From an uncultured Candidatus Saccharibacteria bacterium (GTDB lineage: Bacteria; Patescibacteriota; Saccharimonadia; Saccharimonadales; UBA10212), in assembly GCA_964442325.1 (NCBI GenBank), contig CAYTYX010000002.1:16108-64153 (forward strand): a stretch of 48,046 bases of DNA, written 5' to 3'. Of this stretch, positions 1-10,186 are shown in pieces; the first letter of the stretch is position 1; every line of letters begins with the position of its first letter. The notes beneath the pieces are model-generated. The model did not search any database, was not told the origin of the DNA, and saw nothing but the letters and a program-made list of their open reading frames with translations. The position numbers and the translations under genes were made by a program.

Positions 1-1646
1 ATGCCAAATTTCTAGACCGCATTAGCGAAGCCGAAGAGTCTGAAACACCGGCAAAATGGTTTGAACTTTACCGAGATATTAATGACTTTAGCGCCTATCT
101 GACAGGAGAAACATCGCGTATTCATTATGCATATAGCAAAAATATGGCTGACAAAAAATTTGACGCCCAGCAAAAATACATACGCGAGGTATTATACCCA
201 GCCCTAGCTCAACCTTCACACAAATTATTGAAGGCGATTGTAAATAGTCGACATCTGCCGGCCATTGCCCGTGAATTCGGCGAACGACTACCGATTATTT
301 ACAACCTGGACTTAATACCATCCGACCCGATAAATAAAGATTTAAATGTCGCGACGGCCAAGATGGTAAACCAATATCAGAAGGCTGTTGCGACTGCTCA
401 AGTTAAAGTTAGCGGGCAAAAAATGACGCTATGGCAGACGCGGGCGCTACGAGCTTCGTCCAGCGAAGATGATCGAAAGGCAGCATTTTTTGCCAGTGGC
501 GATTGGTTTTTAGACCACCAAAGTCAGTTTGCAAAAATTTATGACAAGCTTGTTGAGTTGCGCCAACAAAAAGCCAAGAATGTCGGTTACAGAAACTATA
601 TTGCCCTAGCTTACGAATCTATGGGACGAACCGATTACAACCCGGACGACATTAAGCAATTTAGACAACTAATTAAGAAGTATTTTGTGCCACTGCAGCT
701 AACGATTGTCGAGCGGCAAGCCAAAGCCCTTGGGGTGACAAAGTTAAAAGCATGGAACGCTGCCTACAATACTCCTGCTTATAATCCCATTACCAGTCTT
801 CCAAACAACATTGCACCGGTAAAAGACCAGCTAAAAAATGCTCACGAATTATTTACCCAACTATCGCCATGGCTTGGCAATAAATTTGACTATATGCGTC
901 GCAATAGATTAATTGACCTAGAAAACCGACCAAACAAACAATCCGGTGCTTACTGCACAACTTTCGAAGATCAGGGCGTACCAGCTTTACTTTGCAATTC
1001 TATCGGCGAGACAGATGATATCGGTACTTTGACGCATGAGATGGGTCACGCTTTCCAATCTTGGGCCAGCGCCGACATCGAATCAATCGATTTGCAGCAG
1101 CCGACTATGGATTTATGCGAAGTCCACTCAATGGGTATGGAGTTCTTGGCGCTACCGCAAATTGGCGCCTTTTTCGAGCCGGATAATGCCCGTCGGTTTA
1201 GTCTCAAGCGTTACGAAGAATTCGTTAATGCGCTGTGTTACATTTGCGTGGTTGATGAATTCCAACATTGGGTATATCGGAATCCATCGGTTAGCCCAGC
1301 CGAGCGGGACCGACAGTGGAGTAGAATTTTTGATGAGTATTTGCTCGGCATTGACTGGCGCGGTGTGGAAAAATATAAGAAAGTTCGCTGGTACGCTCAA
1401 GGCCATGTCTTCGTAAGCCCGTTTTATTACATCGACTACGCACTGGCCGAAACATGCGCCATGCAGATTGCCATGATAGATGCTAAAGACCATCAAAAAG
1501 CCATGGATATATATATGAAGCTTTGCCGCCTGGGCGGGACCAAGAGTTTTTTAGAGGCACTCAAGTCAGTGGGCCTACGCTCACCGTTTGAAGAATCGCT
1601 CATCGAAGACTTGGCTGTCCACACTGCCAAGACTCTAGAACTTTAG
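1..1646 (+). CDS. M3-family zinc oligoendopeptidase (PepF-like), 5' end probably cut by the window edge
   Basis: ORF track gives 144..1646. The same frame stays open back to nt 3 (AKFLDRISEAEE...), so the true start is probably upstream of the window. HExxH zinc site THEMGHAFQ. Length and layout are typical of oligoendopeptidase F-like proteins. Confidence 0.85.
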   Translation, partial: AKFLDRISEAEESETPAKWFELYRDINDFSAYLTGETSRIHYAYSKNMADKKFDAQQKYIREVLYPALAQPSHKLLKAIVNSRHLPAIAREFGERLPIIYNLDLIPSDPINKDLNVATAKMVNQYQKAVATAQVKVSGQKMTLWQTRALRASSSEDDRKAAFFASGDWFLDHQSQFAKIYDKLVELRQQKAKNVGYRNYIALAYESMGRTDYNPDDIKQFRQLIKKYFVPLQLTIVERQAKALGVTKLKAWNAAYNTPAYNPITSLPNNIAPVKDQLKNAHELFTQLSPWLGNKFDYMRRNRLIDLENRPNKQSGAYCTTFEDQGVPALLCNSIGETDDIGTLTHEMGHAFQSWASADIESIDLQQPTMDLCEVHSMGMEFLALPQIGAFFEPDNARRFSLKRYEEFVNALCYICVVDEFQHWVYRNPSVSPAERDRQWSRIFDEYLLGIDWRGVEKYKKVRWYAQGHVFVSPFYYIDYALAETCAMQIAMIDAKDHQKAMDIYMKLCRLGGTKSFLEALKSVGLRSPFEESLIEDLAVHTAKTLEL

Positions 1647-2002
1647 TTTATTTCCACGAGTTCAATTAATTCGAACTTATCGCCCGCTACGCTGGCCGCC
1701 ATCAATTGCCAGTCGCCATCCCAGTGATTTGCCGCCACCCAGACTCCTGCCGCGAACACCAGCTGTTTCAGCTTTGTCGGTGTTATATATTCAAAACCGC
1801 TACCTTGATTATCGCTAACCCGATACTTAACTTCTACAAAATATGCAGTGTCATCTTTTTGGGCTACGATATCAATCTCGCAACGGCGAGTTCGCCAATT
1901 TTGGTCGATGATTTTATAGCCTTGATCCTCAAGATATTTAGCGACGGCGGCTTCAGCCTGGCGACCTAAACTAGTGGTATTCATAAAAGTGTGGCTTGGC
2001 AC
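1643..2002 (-). CDS. YraN-family (UPF0102) endonuclease-like protein
   Basis: 119 aa. Contains the YKIIDQNWRTRRCEIDIVAQ...YFVEVKYR pattern typical of the YraN/UPF0102 restriction-endonuclease-like fold. Classic position next to rnhB. Its stop overlaps the oligoendopeptidase stop by 4 nt (convergent genes). Confidence 0.8.
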   Translation of the reverse strand: MPSHTFMNTTSLGRQAEAAVAKYLEDQGYKIIDQNWRTRRCEIDIVAQKDDTAYFVEVKYRVSDNQGSGFEYITPTKLKQLVFAAGVWVAANHWDGDWQLMAASVAGDKFELIELVEIN

Positions 2003-2544
2003 AGCGGCGCAAAGCTTAGTCGGTGGATATGTTTGAGCGGACCGTTAGTTTGAATCTCGTCCCGATGTTGAGAGGTACCATAGCCAACGTGCTGGTCGAA
2101 ACTAAACCGCCGGTGCCGTTTAGATAGCTCCCACATAAACCGGTCTCGACGCACCTTAGCGTAAATACTGGCCGCCGAGACTATTGGTATATGAGCGTCG
2201 GCATCGATTTCGCAGCGACCGAGTTTAAACTTTTTTGGTATGTAGTTAACGCTGCCATCTATAATGATTTCTTCATCACAGCCAGCATTAAGGTTTTTTA
2301 GAGCCCGCACCACACCAAGCCGCAGGCAAGCGCCTAGGCCTAGCCTGTCGATTTCGGTTGGTGTCACCCAGCCTTCGCCAAAGTTAAAACTGCCAACTAG
2401 CAGCTCAAATAGATCTTCTCTTTGCCGGCGGGTCAATAGCTTGGAGTCAGCCAGACCTTGCGGCCAAGAACCACTGCGTTTTGCGGCTACTACCAGTAAT
2501 GGACCGGCTAGCGCGCCACGACCAACCTCATCAATCCCTATCAT
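1981..2544 (-). CDS. rnhB: Ribonuclease HII
   Basis: N-terminal IGIDEVGRGALAGPL motif (catalytic DE), about 187 aa. Overlaps the downstream yraN-like gene by 22 nt. Confidence 0.9.
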   Translation of the reverse strand: MIGIDEVGRGALAGPLLVVAAKRSGSWPQGLADSKLLTRRQREDLFELLVGSFNFGEGWVTPTEIDRLGLGACLRLGVVRALKNLNAGCDEEIIIDGSVNYIPKKFKLGRCEIDADAHIPIVSAASIYAKVRRDRFMWELSKRHRRFSFDQHVGYGTSQHRDEIQTNGPLKHIHRLSFAPLCQATLL

Positions 2545-2572
2545 ATAAATAGGTTAGCATAAGCTTGAGGGA

Positions 2573-3085
2573 TTATTCTTGAGTTGGCTTGGCAGAGGCG
2601 GCTTCGGCTTGAGCTTCAGCTTTTTCTTCGGCTCGCTCGGCTACAGCGGCTTCGTGTAGCTCGGATTTCTCTTCGTGCAGTTTAGCTTCTTCGGCTTCGG
2701 CAGCTTTGTCGCGGACAGTGTTGACCGCGTCGCGATCAAACTCGACACCGGACAAGCGGGCACTGCGGCCGGTTAGTGCGCGCATATAGCCTAGGTATTT
2801 GCGTCGGACGCGACTGCGCTTGGTTATCTCGACTTTTAAAATGCCTGGGGAATGAATCATAAAGTTCTTTTCAACACCAACACCACTGGCAATTCGGCGG
2901 ACAGTTAAACTGGAAGTCAGGCTGCCTTTGCGGTTGGTTCTGATTACTAAGCCCTCAAAAACCTGTATGCGCTCTTTGTTGCCCTCGCGAACTTTTTGGT
3001 GCACGCGAACAGTGTCGCCGCTACGTGCGTCGACTACCTGGCCTTTTTTGTGCTTGGCCTCGATTTGTTGGATTAAACTCTCCAT
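2573..3085 (-). CDS. rplS: 50S ribosomal protein L19 with a ~50-aa Ala/Glu-rich C-terminal extension
   Basis: L19 core is VRVHQKVREGNKERIQVFEGLVIR...RRKYLGYMR. The protein is 170 aa versus about 115-120 aa for typical L19. Confidence 0.9.
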   Translation of the reverse strand: MESLIQQIEAKHKKGQVVDARSGDTVRVHQKVREGNKERIQVFEGLVIRTNRKGSLTSSLTVRRIASGVGVEKNFMIHSPGILKVEITKRSRVRRKYLGYMRALTGRSARLSGVEFDRDAVNTVRDKAAEAEEAKLHEEKSELHEAAVAERAEEKAEAQAEAASAKPTQE

Positions 3086-3150
3086 AAGTCCCGTATATAC
3101 TACGCTAAATCACCCCTTTTATCAAGGAGGGTTTGTGTTAAATTGTAAGA

Positions 3151-3483
3151 ATGATAGACCGAGTCGAGAAGCCTTACATTGATAGACATGGGCAAGTATT
3201 TTATTTTGGCACCGGTAATAATCGCTTTAACTTTCGCCTTGTCGACGATAAGGTTGAAGTACCTTATTCTTCGCCGGACCATCTGCGAGTAGTCGCAGAC
3301 GGCGGCAAAGCGCCTGTGTACTCGAAAGAGAAGGACCAGCCCCAGTCGGACGCTGAAGCACTAGAAGAAACTGGGATATTTAATAAGGACAGATTTAAAG
3401 AAGAAACTATCCGACTACTCGGTACACTTCCTCTAGACTGGTTTGACCAGCCAAAGCCTTTAGCAGACCATCGTGCAGCATAG
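3151..3483 (+). CDS. Hypothetical protein (weakly supported)
   Basis: 110-aa ORF filling the otherwise ~320-bp rplS/pilB gap. No good RBS: AAGGAGG at 3123-3129 is 21 nt from the ATG. The last 77 nt run antisense to the pilB-like 3' end. Confidence 0.3.
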   Translation: MIDRVEKPYIDRHGQVFYFGTGNNRFNFRLVDDKVEVPYSSPDHLRVVADGGKAPVYSKEKDQPQSDAEALEETGIFNKDRFKEETIRLLGTLPLDWFDQPKPLADHRAA

Positions 3484-5002
3484 TTAGCATTCCTTCGCGG
3501 ACAGCCTCGGCCTGAAGCATCTCAGTGGTGACCTGATTGGGTGGCAGGCGCAGCAGTTTTTGGACGCCGGGCGTCATTAGCAGCTGCTCGCGAATCGCCA
3601 TCTGGCCGCTGTAACCAAACGGGTTCTGCTGGGAAGTACCGGCTTTATAAAGAGTTGCCTTGCTAAGGTCGGGTTTGGGGATATTGGGTGGGAAACTGTC
3701 AATCGCAGCTTGGAGTTGTTGGCGCAAAGCTTCGTCGGGCTGGTAGGCAACCCTAGTTTGTTCATCTAGGCGGCGTATCAGCCGTTGGGACATAATCAAG
3801 TGAATCGCGCTGGCAAATAGCGGATTAATTCCAACTGAGTCGAGCAATCGGCTAAGCGCAGCGGCAGCACTGGCGGCATGATAAGTCGATAAAACCAAAT
3901 GGCCGGTTAGGGCTGCCTGGAGAGCGGTTTTAGCGGTGTCTTGATCGCGGATTTCGCCTATCATCACGACATCTGGATCTAGCCGCAAGACTGCGCGCAA
4001 CTTTTCGGCAAATTGTTCGCCTTCCAGCTCTCCAGTCACCGGAATTTGGACCACGCCGGGCATAAAATATTCCACCGGATCTTCCAGGGTGATAATTTTG
4101 CGCTCCGGTGTGTTGAGCGTATTTATCAAACTATAAAGCGTAGTGGTTTTACCGGAGCCGGTTGGGCCTACCACCATTACCATGCCGGTTGGGTGTTTTA
4201 TAACGTCGTCTACCACGGCAGCCTCGGCTTGGCTAAGACCAAGGTTCTCGAGTTTGAAATACTCCAGTTTCAGATTGAATATGCGCATTACAACGTCCAT
4301 ACCATAGACCGTAGGCACGGTTTCGACGCGCAGATTGACGGTGACTTGCTCGCCGGTCGCCAGCGTGTATTGTTTATTTACGTGGCCGGTTTGGGCCTCG
4401 TCAGCACCGGTAGAGATATTGGCGGCAATTGCCAGAGCCGACAGCAGCTGGCGGTACTTATCGTAGGCCAGCTGAGCCACTGGGTGCAGCACGCCGTCAA
4501 CCCTAAAGCGTACCCGCACTTCGGCTTTTTGGCATTCCATATGGATGTCACTAGCTTTAAGCGCATAAGCCTGCTTAACCAAATAGGCCAGCATATCGTC
4601 AGCCCGGACAGCAGCCAAGGTGGCACTAACTTCCCCCAACAAGTTTTTATCGTTACCAGCTATTGATATATCTTGGTAATGTACGGTTGGAGGCGGATTG
4701 TACAGACGCATGTAATCTTCAAATCCGGACTCGGAAATCAATGAAAAACCGAGGTGTTGATCTAGAAAGCGAGCTTTGATTTGATTAAGCGTTTGCTGGG
4801 ACGTGGTTGTAGTAATACCAAAGTTTATATTGTGTTCATCGGCGCTAAGCGGTATGACGCGTAGACTGCGCAGCTCGTCTGGGTTCAGGATGGCCTTATA
4901 TAATACTTTGTCGGCGCTACGGGTATCGACATAGTTCATATGTAAGACACCCGCCCGACGCTGGGTGGCTTGCTCTTCGTCGGTTCTAACGTCCCCACTC
5001 AT
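3407..5002 (-). CDS. pilB: GspE/PilB-family secretion or type IV pilus assembly ATPase
   Basis: Walker A VVGPTGSGKTTTLYS, Walker B/Asp-box region DPDVVMIGEIRD, 531 aa with a GspE-type N-terminal domain. No pilC/pilM/pilT neighbours in the window. Confidence 0.9.
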   Translation of the reverse strand: MSGDVRTDEEQATQRRAGVLHMNYVDTRSADKVLYKAILNPDELRSLRVIPLSADEHNINFGITTTTSQQTLNQIKARFLDQHLGFSLISESGFEDYMRLYNPPPTVHYQDISIAGNDKNLLGEVSATLAAVRADDMLAYLVKQAYALKASDIHMECQKAEVRVRFRVDGVLHPVAQLAYDKYRQLLSALAIAANISTGADEAQTGHVNKQYTLATGEQVTVNLRVETVPTVYGMDVVMRIFNLKLEYFKLENLGLSQAEAAVVDDVIKHPTGMVMVVGPTGSGKTTTLYSLINTLNTPERKIITLEDPVEYFMPGVVQIPVTGELEGEQFAEKLRAVLRLDPDVVMIGEIRDQDTAKTALQAALTGHLVLSTYHAASAAAALSRLLDSVGINPLFASAIHLIMSQRLIRRLDEQTRVAYQPDEALRQQLQAAIDSFPPNIPKPDLSKATLYKAGTSQQNPFGYSGQMAIREQLLMTPGVQKLLRLPPNQVTTEMLQAEAVREGMLTMLHDGLLKALAGQTSLEEVYRVVG

Positions 5003-5074
5003 TCTTACTTCTTATTCTACTATAAACAATAAGAATTTTCTCTGGTAGCGGCCGGTAGTTTATAGTGAAGTCAG

Positions 5075-5581
5075 ATGAAGCGACTGATTGTTTTGGTAGC
5101 ACACGATGTACGCTCGGCCCATAATGTCGGCTCACTTTTGAGAACCGCTGATGGCTTGGGGGTATTCAAGGTTTATTTAACAGGCTATACGCCATATCCG
5201 GCTGGGAAGAATGATGCGCGCTTGCCGCATCTAGCCGCCAAGCAAGACAAGCAGATAACTAAAACATCTCTTGGCGCCGAAAAATCAGTTAAATGGGAAC
5301 ACACGGCGGATATTAATGGGGTCTTAGCCACGCTAAAATCAGAAGATTTTGAGATCGTGGCATTAGAGCAAACACCAGATGCTTTAGTCCTGCACCAATT
5401 TACGCCCGGCTGCAAAGTAGCGCTGGTTGTTGGTAATGAAGTTGATGGCTTGGATGCAAAAACGCTAGCTAAGGTAGATAAAATTATACAGATTCCGATG
5501 CTCGGCGCTAAAGAGTCATTTAATGTCGCCCAAGTCGCCGCAATGGCTCTTTATCACTTACAATACTCGGTATTGGCATAA
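5075..5581 (+). CDS. SpoU/TrmH-family RNA 2'-O-methyltransferase
   Basis: 168 aa. Motifs HNVGSLLRTA, LVVGNEVDGL and IPMLGAKESFNVAQVAAMALY are typical of the SPOUT TrmH family. Confidence 0.8.
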   Translation: MKRLIVLVAHDVRSAHNVGSLLRTADGLGVFKVYLTGYTPYPAGKNDARLPHLAAKQDKQITKTSLGAEKSVKWEHTADINGVLATLKSEDFEIVALEQTPDALVLHQFTPGCKVALVVGNEVDGLDAKTLAKVDKIIQIPMLGAKESFNVAQVAAMALYHLQYSVLA

Positions 5582-5605
5582 GCTTCGCTTAGTTATAAAA
5601 TAATA

Positions 5606-6535
5606 GTGGTAATGGCAAAAATAAAAAGACTTCCTCATCCATATAGCTTTAGGCATCGGCACAAGCCGCGCAGCGTAAGCGCGCGCGTATTTGAACAGGC
5701 TTATTGGCCTTATCTACCCCTTTTGGTGGCAATTAGTTTGATGTTTTCATTGGTTATTAGAGGCGGCGCGTTATCTAGCCTCGGCCACCCAGACCAAAGA
5801 GTGCTGGGTTATGCCACCAGTATGAATATTAATAATTTATTAAAAGATACCAACGCCCAGCGGGTTAAAGACGGTTTGACGCCACTCAAACTCAATAAGT
5901 CGCTCGATCTAGCAGCCGAAAATAAGGCTAAAAATATGGCCAGTTTAGATTATTGGAGCCATAACACGCCTTCCGGCCAGCCACCATGGGTATTTGTAAC
6001 TGCCCAAAACTACTCTTATCAAGAACTTGGTGAGAATCTCGCAACCGGTTTTAGTAACGAAAGTTCGACCATTAACGCCTGGATGGCTAGTGCCGAGCAC
6101 AGAGCCAATATCTTAAATAAAGACTTTAGCCAAATTGGGCTTGGGGTAGCCCAAAGCAGTGACTATAAGGCAGCCGGTGGCGGTCCAATGACGATTGTTG
6201 TAGCCTTTTACGGCGACCCGGCGTCTAGCGCGAATTTGGCTAGCACTTCTTTGCTAGGTACAGCGTCCATAAATGACCAGTCTCCACCAACTAAAACCTC
6301 ACACGCCCAGCTAGCATTTGCCGGTATGTCCGTGGCCGGCGCCGGCACAACCGTAGCCGTAGCAATAATTGCCGCTAGTCTTGGGTTGATAATTGGCCGT
6401 CACCTAATCGCTTTCCGAAGGGCCCTGCGCCGCGGCGAGCGGTTTGTGGCCCACCACCCGCTAATTGACTTGGCGCTAGTTACGGTAATCTTTTTGGCCT
6501 ATTCCTTGACTCAGACCGCCGGACTTGTTAGATAG
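5606..6535 (+). CDS. CAP (SCP/PR1-like) domain membrane protein
   Basis: N-terminal TM segment. CAP-domain signatures HNTPSG...AWMASAEHRANIL...IGLGVA. Two C-terminal TM helices. GTG start at 5606 or ATG at 5612. Confidence 0.7.
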   Translation: MVMAKIKRLPHPYSFRHRHKPRSVSARVFEQAYWPYLPLLVAISLMFSLVIRGGALSSLGHPDQRVLGYATSMNINNLLKDTNAQRVKDGLTPLKLNKSLDLAAENKAKNMASLDYWSHNTPSGQPPWVFVTAQNYSYQELGENLATGFSNESSTINAWMASAEHRANILNKDFSQIGLGVAQSSDYKAAGGGPMTIVVAFYGDPASSANLASTSLLGTASINDQSPPTKTSHAQLAFAGMSVAGAGTTVAVAIIAASLGLIIGRHLIAFRRALRRGERFVAHHPLIDLALVTVIFLAYSLTQTAGLVR

Positions 6536-6537
6536 GC

Positions 6538-9500
6538 CTACTTGAACACGACGTTGGTTGGGCCGAACATTTGAGCTAGTTCTCTGACGCTTTCTTCGGA
6601 TACATCAATTGTTTGCGGCAACTTTATGGCCTGCTTGTCTAAGCCAGTCACCAGCACAACTTCGGTTTTACCTTGGTGGCTATCTAGTTTTTGCTTTAGC
6701 TCAACTAAAAGCGATTGGTTGTCGCTATTTTCTAGACGTATGTAAAGCCGCCCAGCCGAAGACTCTGCAACGACTGGCGCTGATTCAACCGTAGCGGCTA
6801 CGGCCTCTAGCGCCGGGGTATCGCTTAGTTTGCTAGCGCCGTCTACTAAAACCTTGAGCTCGCCGTTATCGCCTGCCCGGGCAGCACCGATTTTACCGCG
6901 CACAAGTAAAATCTGGTCTCGTTCCCATAAATCTTCGGTCTGCGTGTAAATTTTTGGAAATACCACTAGTTCTATTTCGCCGGAAGTATCGGATAATTTT
7001 ACAAACGCCATCTTAGCGCCGTTCTTGGTCACAATCGCGCGCACATCACCAACACTGCCGCCGATTGTTACCGGCCGGCCCTCTAGCTGGCTGCCAAGTT
7101 TAGTAATCGGTGTAGCCTTTTGGCTTAACTGTTGTTCGAACGCAGCCAGTGGATGCTGGCTTAGGTAAAGGCCTAGCAGCTCCCGTTCCCAGGCTAGTTG
7201 CTCGGCTTCACTATAAGTGGGTCCGTTGGCGTCTAGATTTAGATGCACACTGGATTCTGCGTTCGGAATTTCGTCACCGCTACCAAATAAATCGACCTGG
7301 CCGCTGGCAGCATCTTTATGGAACCGGTTGGCCAACGCCAAAATATTGTCCAGGTTGTTAAATAACAAGCCTCGTTCACCAAAGCGATCGAGTGCGCCAG
7401 CCCTCGTCAAACTTTCTAGCGTTTTGCGGTTGGCGATGTGTGGGCTGACATGGCGGCAAAATTCTTCCAGGTTGGCGAACTGGCCGCCAGCGGCCTCTCT
7501 GGCGCGCAGAATTTCTTCGGCCGCGCCGTGGCCAACATTTTTGATGGCATCTAAGCCAAAGCGAATTTGATTTTTACCTGGCACGATTGCAAATTCGTGG
7601 AACGACTCGTTAGCATCGGGCGGCAGAACCTCGATATCCAGATTGCGACACTCGGTAATCTCGATAGCTAGGCGGTCGGTGTCATCGTAATCACTGGTCA
7701 TAAGCGCCGCCATAAACGCCGAAGGGTAATGGGCTTTTAAATAAGCTGTCTGATAAGCAATCAGGGCATAGCAGGCCGAGTGCACTTTGTTAAAGCAATA
7801 AGCCGCAAAGTCTTCCAGCTGTCCCCAGAAGCGCTCCATTAGTTGGCGGTCGGCTCCGACCGTCTTAATTCCACCTTCAATAAACTCGTCTTTCATTTTG
7901 GCCATAACCGATGGAATCTTTTTGCCGATGGCTTTACGCAGCGTGTCAGCCTGGCCGCCGCTGAAGCCGCACATATCCTTACTAATTTGCATCACCTGCT
8001 CTTGATAAACAATCACTCCGTAAGTACTCTCTAGTGCCGGCTTCATAACCGGATGTAAGTATTCGATGCTACGCAGGCCGTTTTTGCGAGCAATGAAATC
8101 ATCAATCCACTGCATCGGCCCGGGCCGATAAAGCGCCACCATCGCTACAATATCCTCAAACACGCTTGGTTTAAGCTGCTTTAGATAACGCGTCATCCCA
8201 GATGACTCCAACTGAAATACGCCGACTGTGTCGCCTTTTTGCAATAATTTATAGGTTTTGGCATCGTCTAGCGGAATCTGGCTAATATCTATACCCTTAC
8301 CCTCGACTTTTTTGATAATACGAAGGGTGTTCTTGATGGTAGTTAGGTTTGATAGCCCCAAAAAGTCCATTTTTAATAGACCAAGGTCTTCGATTGGCCA
8401 CATCGAGTACTGGGTTGCGATTACACCTTTGGCGGCACGTTCCAAAGGAACAAACTTAACTAGATCGTCCGGCGCAATTACAACTCCGGCGGCGTGAACA
8501 CCGTGGCTGCGAATCGTTCCCTCCAGCTTGGTTGCCAGATCAAAGACTCTAGCGGCTTCCGGACTGCTGGCTTTCTCGCTTTTTAGCTCGGGCACAGCCT
8601 GGAGGTGTTTGGCGAGTGGTGTGTGGCGGCCTTGGACCGGTGGTGGAATCATCTTAGCCCAACGGTCGGCGTCACCGTAAGGAACACGCAGCACTCTGGC
8701 CACATCACGCACGGAGTTACGGGCAGCCATCCGGCCAAAGGTTACGATATTGGCTACCCGGTCAGTGCCATATTTTTGAATACAGTAATCAATTACTTCG
8801 TCGCGGCGGTCGTCCTGAATATCAATGTCCATATCGGGCATACTTATGCGGTCGGGATTTAAGAATCGCTCAAACAGTAGGTCGTAGGCCAGCGGGTCAA
8901 TGTCGGTTATTCGTAAGCTATAGGCCAAAATCGAGCTAGCGGCACTTCCCCGACCAGGCCCAAAAATCACACCATTATCTTTTCCCCAGTTAATAAAGTC
9001 TGCCACAATTAAGAAATAGCCGCTAAAGCCCATCCGCTCCACTACGCCAAATTCATAATTGGCTCGTTCGATTACGTCTTTGGATAGCTTTTTCCTGGCT
9101 TCGGCGACAGATAATTTCTGGGAATCCTGACGTTCCATGTCGCCATATCGCCAAACCAAGCCCTGCCAAACTAGTTTCTCTAGTAGACTTCTTTCGGTCT
9201 CGCCTTCCGGGACTGGAAATTTGGGAATTAGGATTTTGCCTAGCTCAATCTCTAGGTTGCAGCGCTCGGCAATTTTTTTGGTATTGGTGATAAGCTCTGG
9301 GTGCTCATCGCCCCAACGAGCAATTATTTCTTTTGGATCCATTACGTGCAGCTCAAAATCTTTTAGGCTCATCCGGTCGGTTTCGTCTAAAAATGCGCCG
9401 GTTTGGACGCATAGCAAAATCTCATGAGCCTCTTGGTCCTCGCGCTTTAAGTAGTGGGCGTCGCAGGTAACAACGGCAGGAATGTCTAGTTCTTTTGCCA

Positions 9501-10131
9501 TTTTTAATAACTGGTCGTTGACCCGATTTTGTTCATCCCAATGGCTGGGGTGATCGGGGTGTCCGTGATCTTGGAGCTCGATATAGTAACGATCGCCAAA
9601 AACGCTCTTGTACCACTCGACTATTTTCTTAGCTTGATCATACTGGCCAGCCCGCAGAGCTTCTGCCACCTCGCCACCCGCACAACCACTTAGAATAATA
9701 ATGCCTTCGCTATATTTTTTAATTAAGTCGTGGTCAATGCGAGGTTTGTAATAAAAGCCGTCTAGATTAGCTAGACTAGATAGTTCCATCAAGTTTTGAT
9801 AGCCGGCGTGATTCATGGCCAGCATTGTCAGGTGATATTGCTGCCGATCTTTTACGGGGTCTTTGTCGGTGTGCTTGCGCGGGGCAACATAGGCTTCCAT
9901 ACCGACAATCGATTTAATGCCGGTCTTTTTCGCCATTTGATAAAACTCAATAATGCCGCTCATTGTGCCGTGGTCGGTCACGGCAATGGTATCCATGCCC
10001 ATTTCTTTAACCCTATCCACCAGCTCTGGGATTTTGGTTAGGCCATCCAATAACGAATACTGGGTGTGATTATGTAAGTGCACATAATCACTAGGTTTTA
10101 GTTTTACCCCCGTCTTGCTCATTACAACCAT
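6538..10131 (-). CDS. dnaE: DNA polymerase III alpha subunit
   Basis: 1197 aa. N-terminal PHP domain (HLHNHTQYSLLDG), polymerase core, C-terminal OB fold. Alternative start at M4 (10122). Confidence 0.95.
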   Translation of the reverse strand: MVVMSKTGVKLKPSDYVHLHNHTQYSLLDGLTKIPELVDRVKEMGMDTIAVTDHGTMSGIIEFYQMAKKTGIKSIVGMEAYVAPRKHTDKDPVKDRQQYHLTMLAMNHAGYQNLMELSSLANLDGFYYKPRIDHDLIKKYSEGIIILSGCAGGEVAEALRAGQYDQAKKIVEWYKSVFGDRYYIELQDHGHPDHPSHWDEQNRVNDQLLKMAKELDIPAVVTCDAHYLKREDQEAHEILLCVQTGAFLDETDRMSLKDFELHVMDPKEIIARWGDEHPELITNTKKIAERCNLEIELGKILIPKFPVPEGETERSLLEKLVWQGLVWRYGDMERQDSQKLSVAEARKKLSKDVIERANYEFGVVERMGFSGYFLIVADFINWGKDNGVIFGPGRGSAASSILAYSLRITDIDPLAYDLLFERFLNPDRISMPDMDIDIQDDRRDEVIDYCIQKYGTDRVANIVTFGRMAARNSVRDVARVLRVPYGDADRWAKMIPPPVQGRHTPLAKHLQAVPELKSEKASSPEAARVFDLATKLEGTIRSHGVHAAGVVIAPDDLVKFVPLERAAKGVIATQYSMWPIEDLGLLKMDFLGLSNLTTIKNTLRIIKKVEGKGIDISQIPLDDAKTYKLLQKGDTVGVFQLESSGMTRYLKQLKPSVFEDIVAMVALYRPGPMQWIDDFIARKNGLRSIEYLHPVMKPALESTYGVIVYQEQVMQISKDMCGFSGGQADTLRKAIGKKIPSVMAKMKDEFIEGGIKTVGADRQLMERFWGQLEDFAAYCFNKVHSACYALIAYQTAYLKAHYPSAFMAALMTSDYDDTDRLAIEITECRNLDIEVLPPDANESFHEFAIVPGKNQIRFGLDAIKNVGHGAAEEILRAREAAGGQFANLEEFCRHVSPHIANRKTLESLTRAGALDRFGERGLLFNNLDNILALANRFHKDAASGQVDLFGSGDEIPNAESSVHLNLDANGPTYSEAEQLAWERELLGLYLSQHPLAAFEQQLSQKATPITKLGSQLEGRPVTIGGSVGDVRAIVTKNGAKMAFVKLSDTSGEIELVVFPKIYTQTEDLWERDQILLVRGKIGAARAGDNGELKVLVDGASKLSDTPALEAVAATVESAPVVAESSAGRLYIRLENSDNQSLLVELKQKLDSHQGKTEVVLVTGLDKQAIKLPQTIDVSEESVRELAQMFGPTNVVFK

Positions 10132-10132
10132 T

Positions 10133-10159
10133 ATAAAAAGAGTCGCTCTCGATAGCGAC
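10133..10159 (-). terminator. Hairpin plus U-tract downstream of the ytxH-like gene (possible terminator or attenuator)
   Basis: GTCGCT(10142-47)/AGCGAC(10154-59) stem with a 6-nt loop. On the minus strand it is followed by UCUUUUUAUAA. The tail abuts the dnaE start codon, so readthrough or attenuation is as likely as full termination. Confidence 0.35.
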
Positions 10160-10186
10160 CCTTAGTTTTACAACAGATTTATATTT

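Noticed and set aside
4013-4666. 217-aa ORF antisense to the pilB-like gene. Many similar 60-130-aa ORFs lie antisense or out of frame within dnaE, gatA, gatB, uvrB, pheT, gap, the MFS gene and others.
   Set aside because: They lie entirely inside long ORFs with clear family motifs on the other strand or frame. They have low-complexity or Arg/Ser/Leu-rich shadow-frame composition and no RBS, so I treat them as shadow ORFs.
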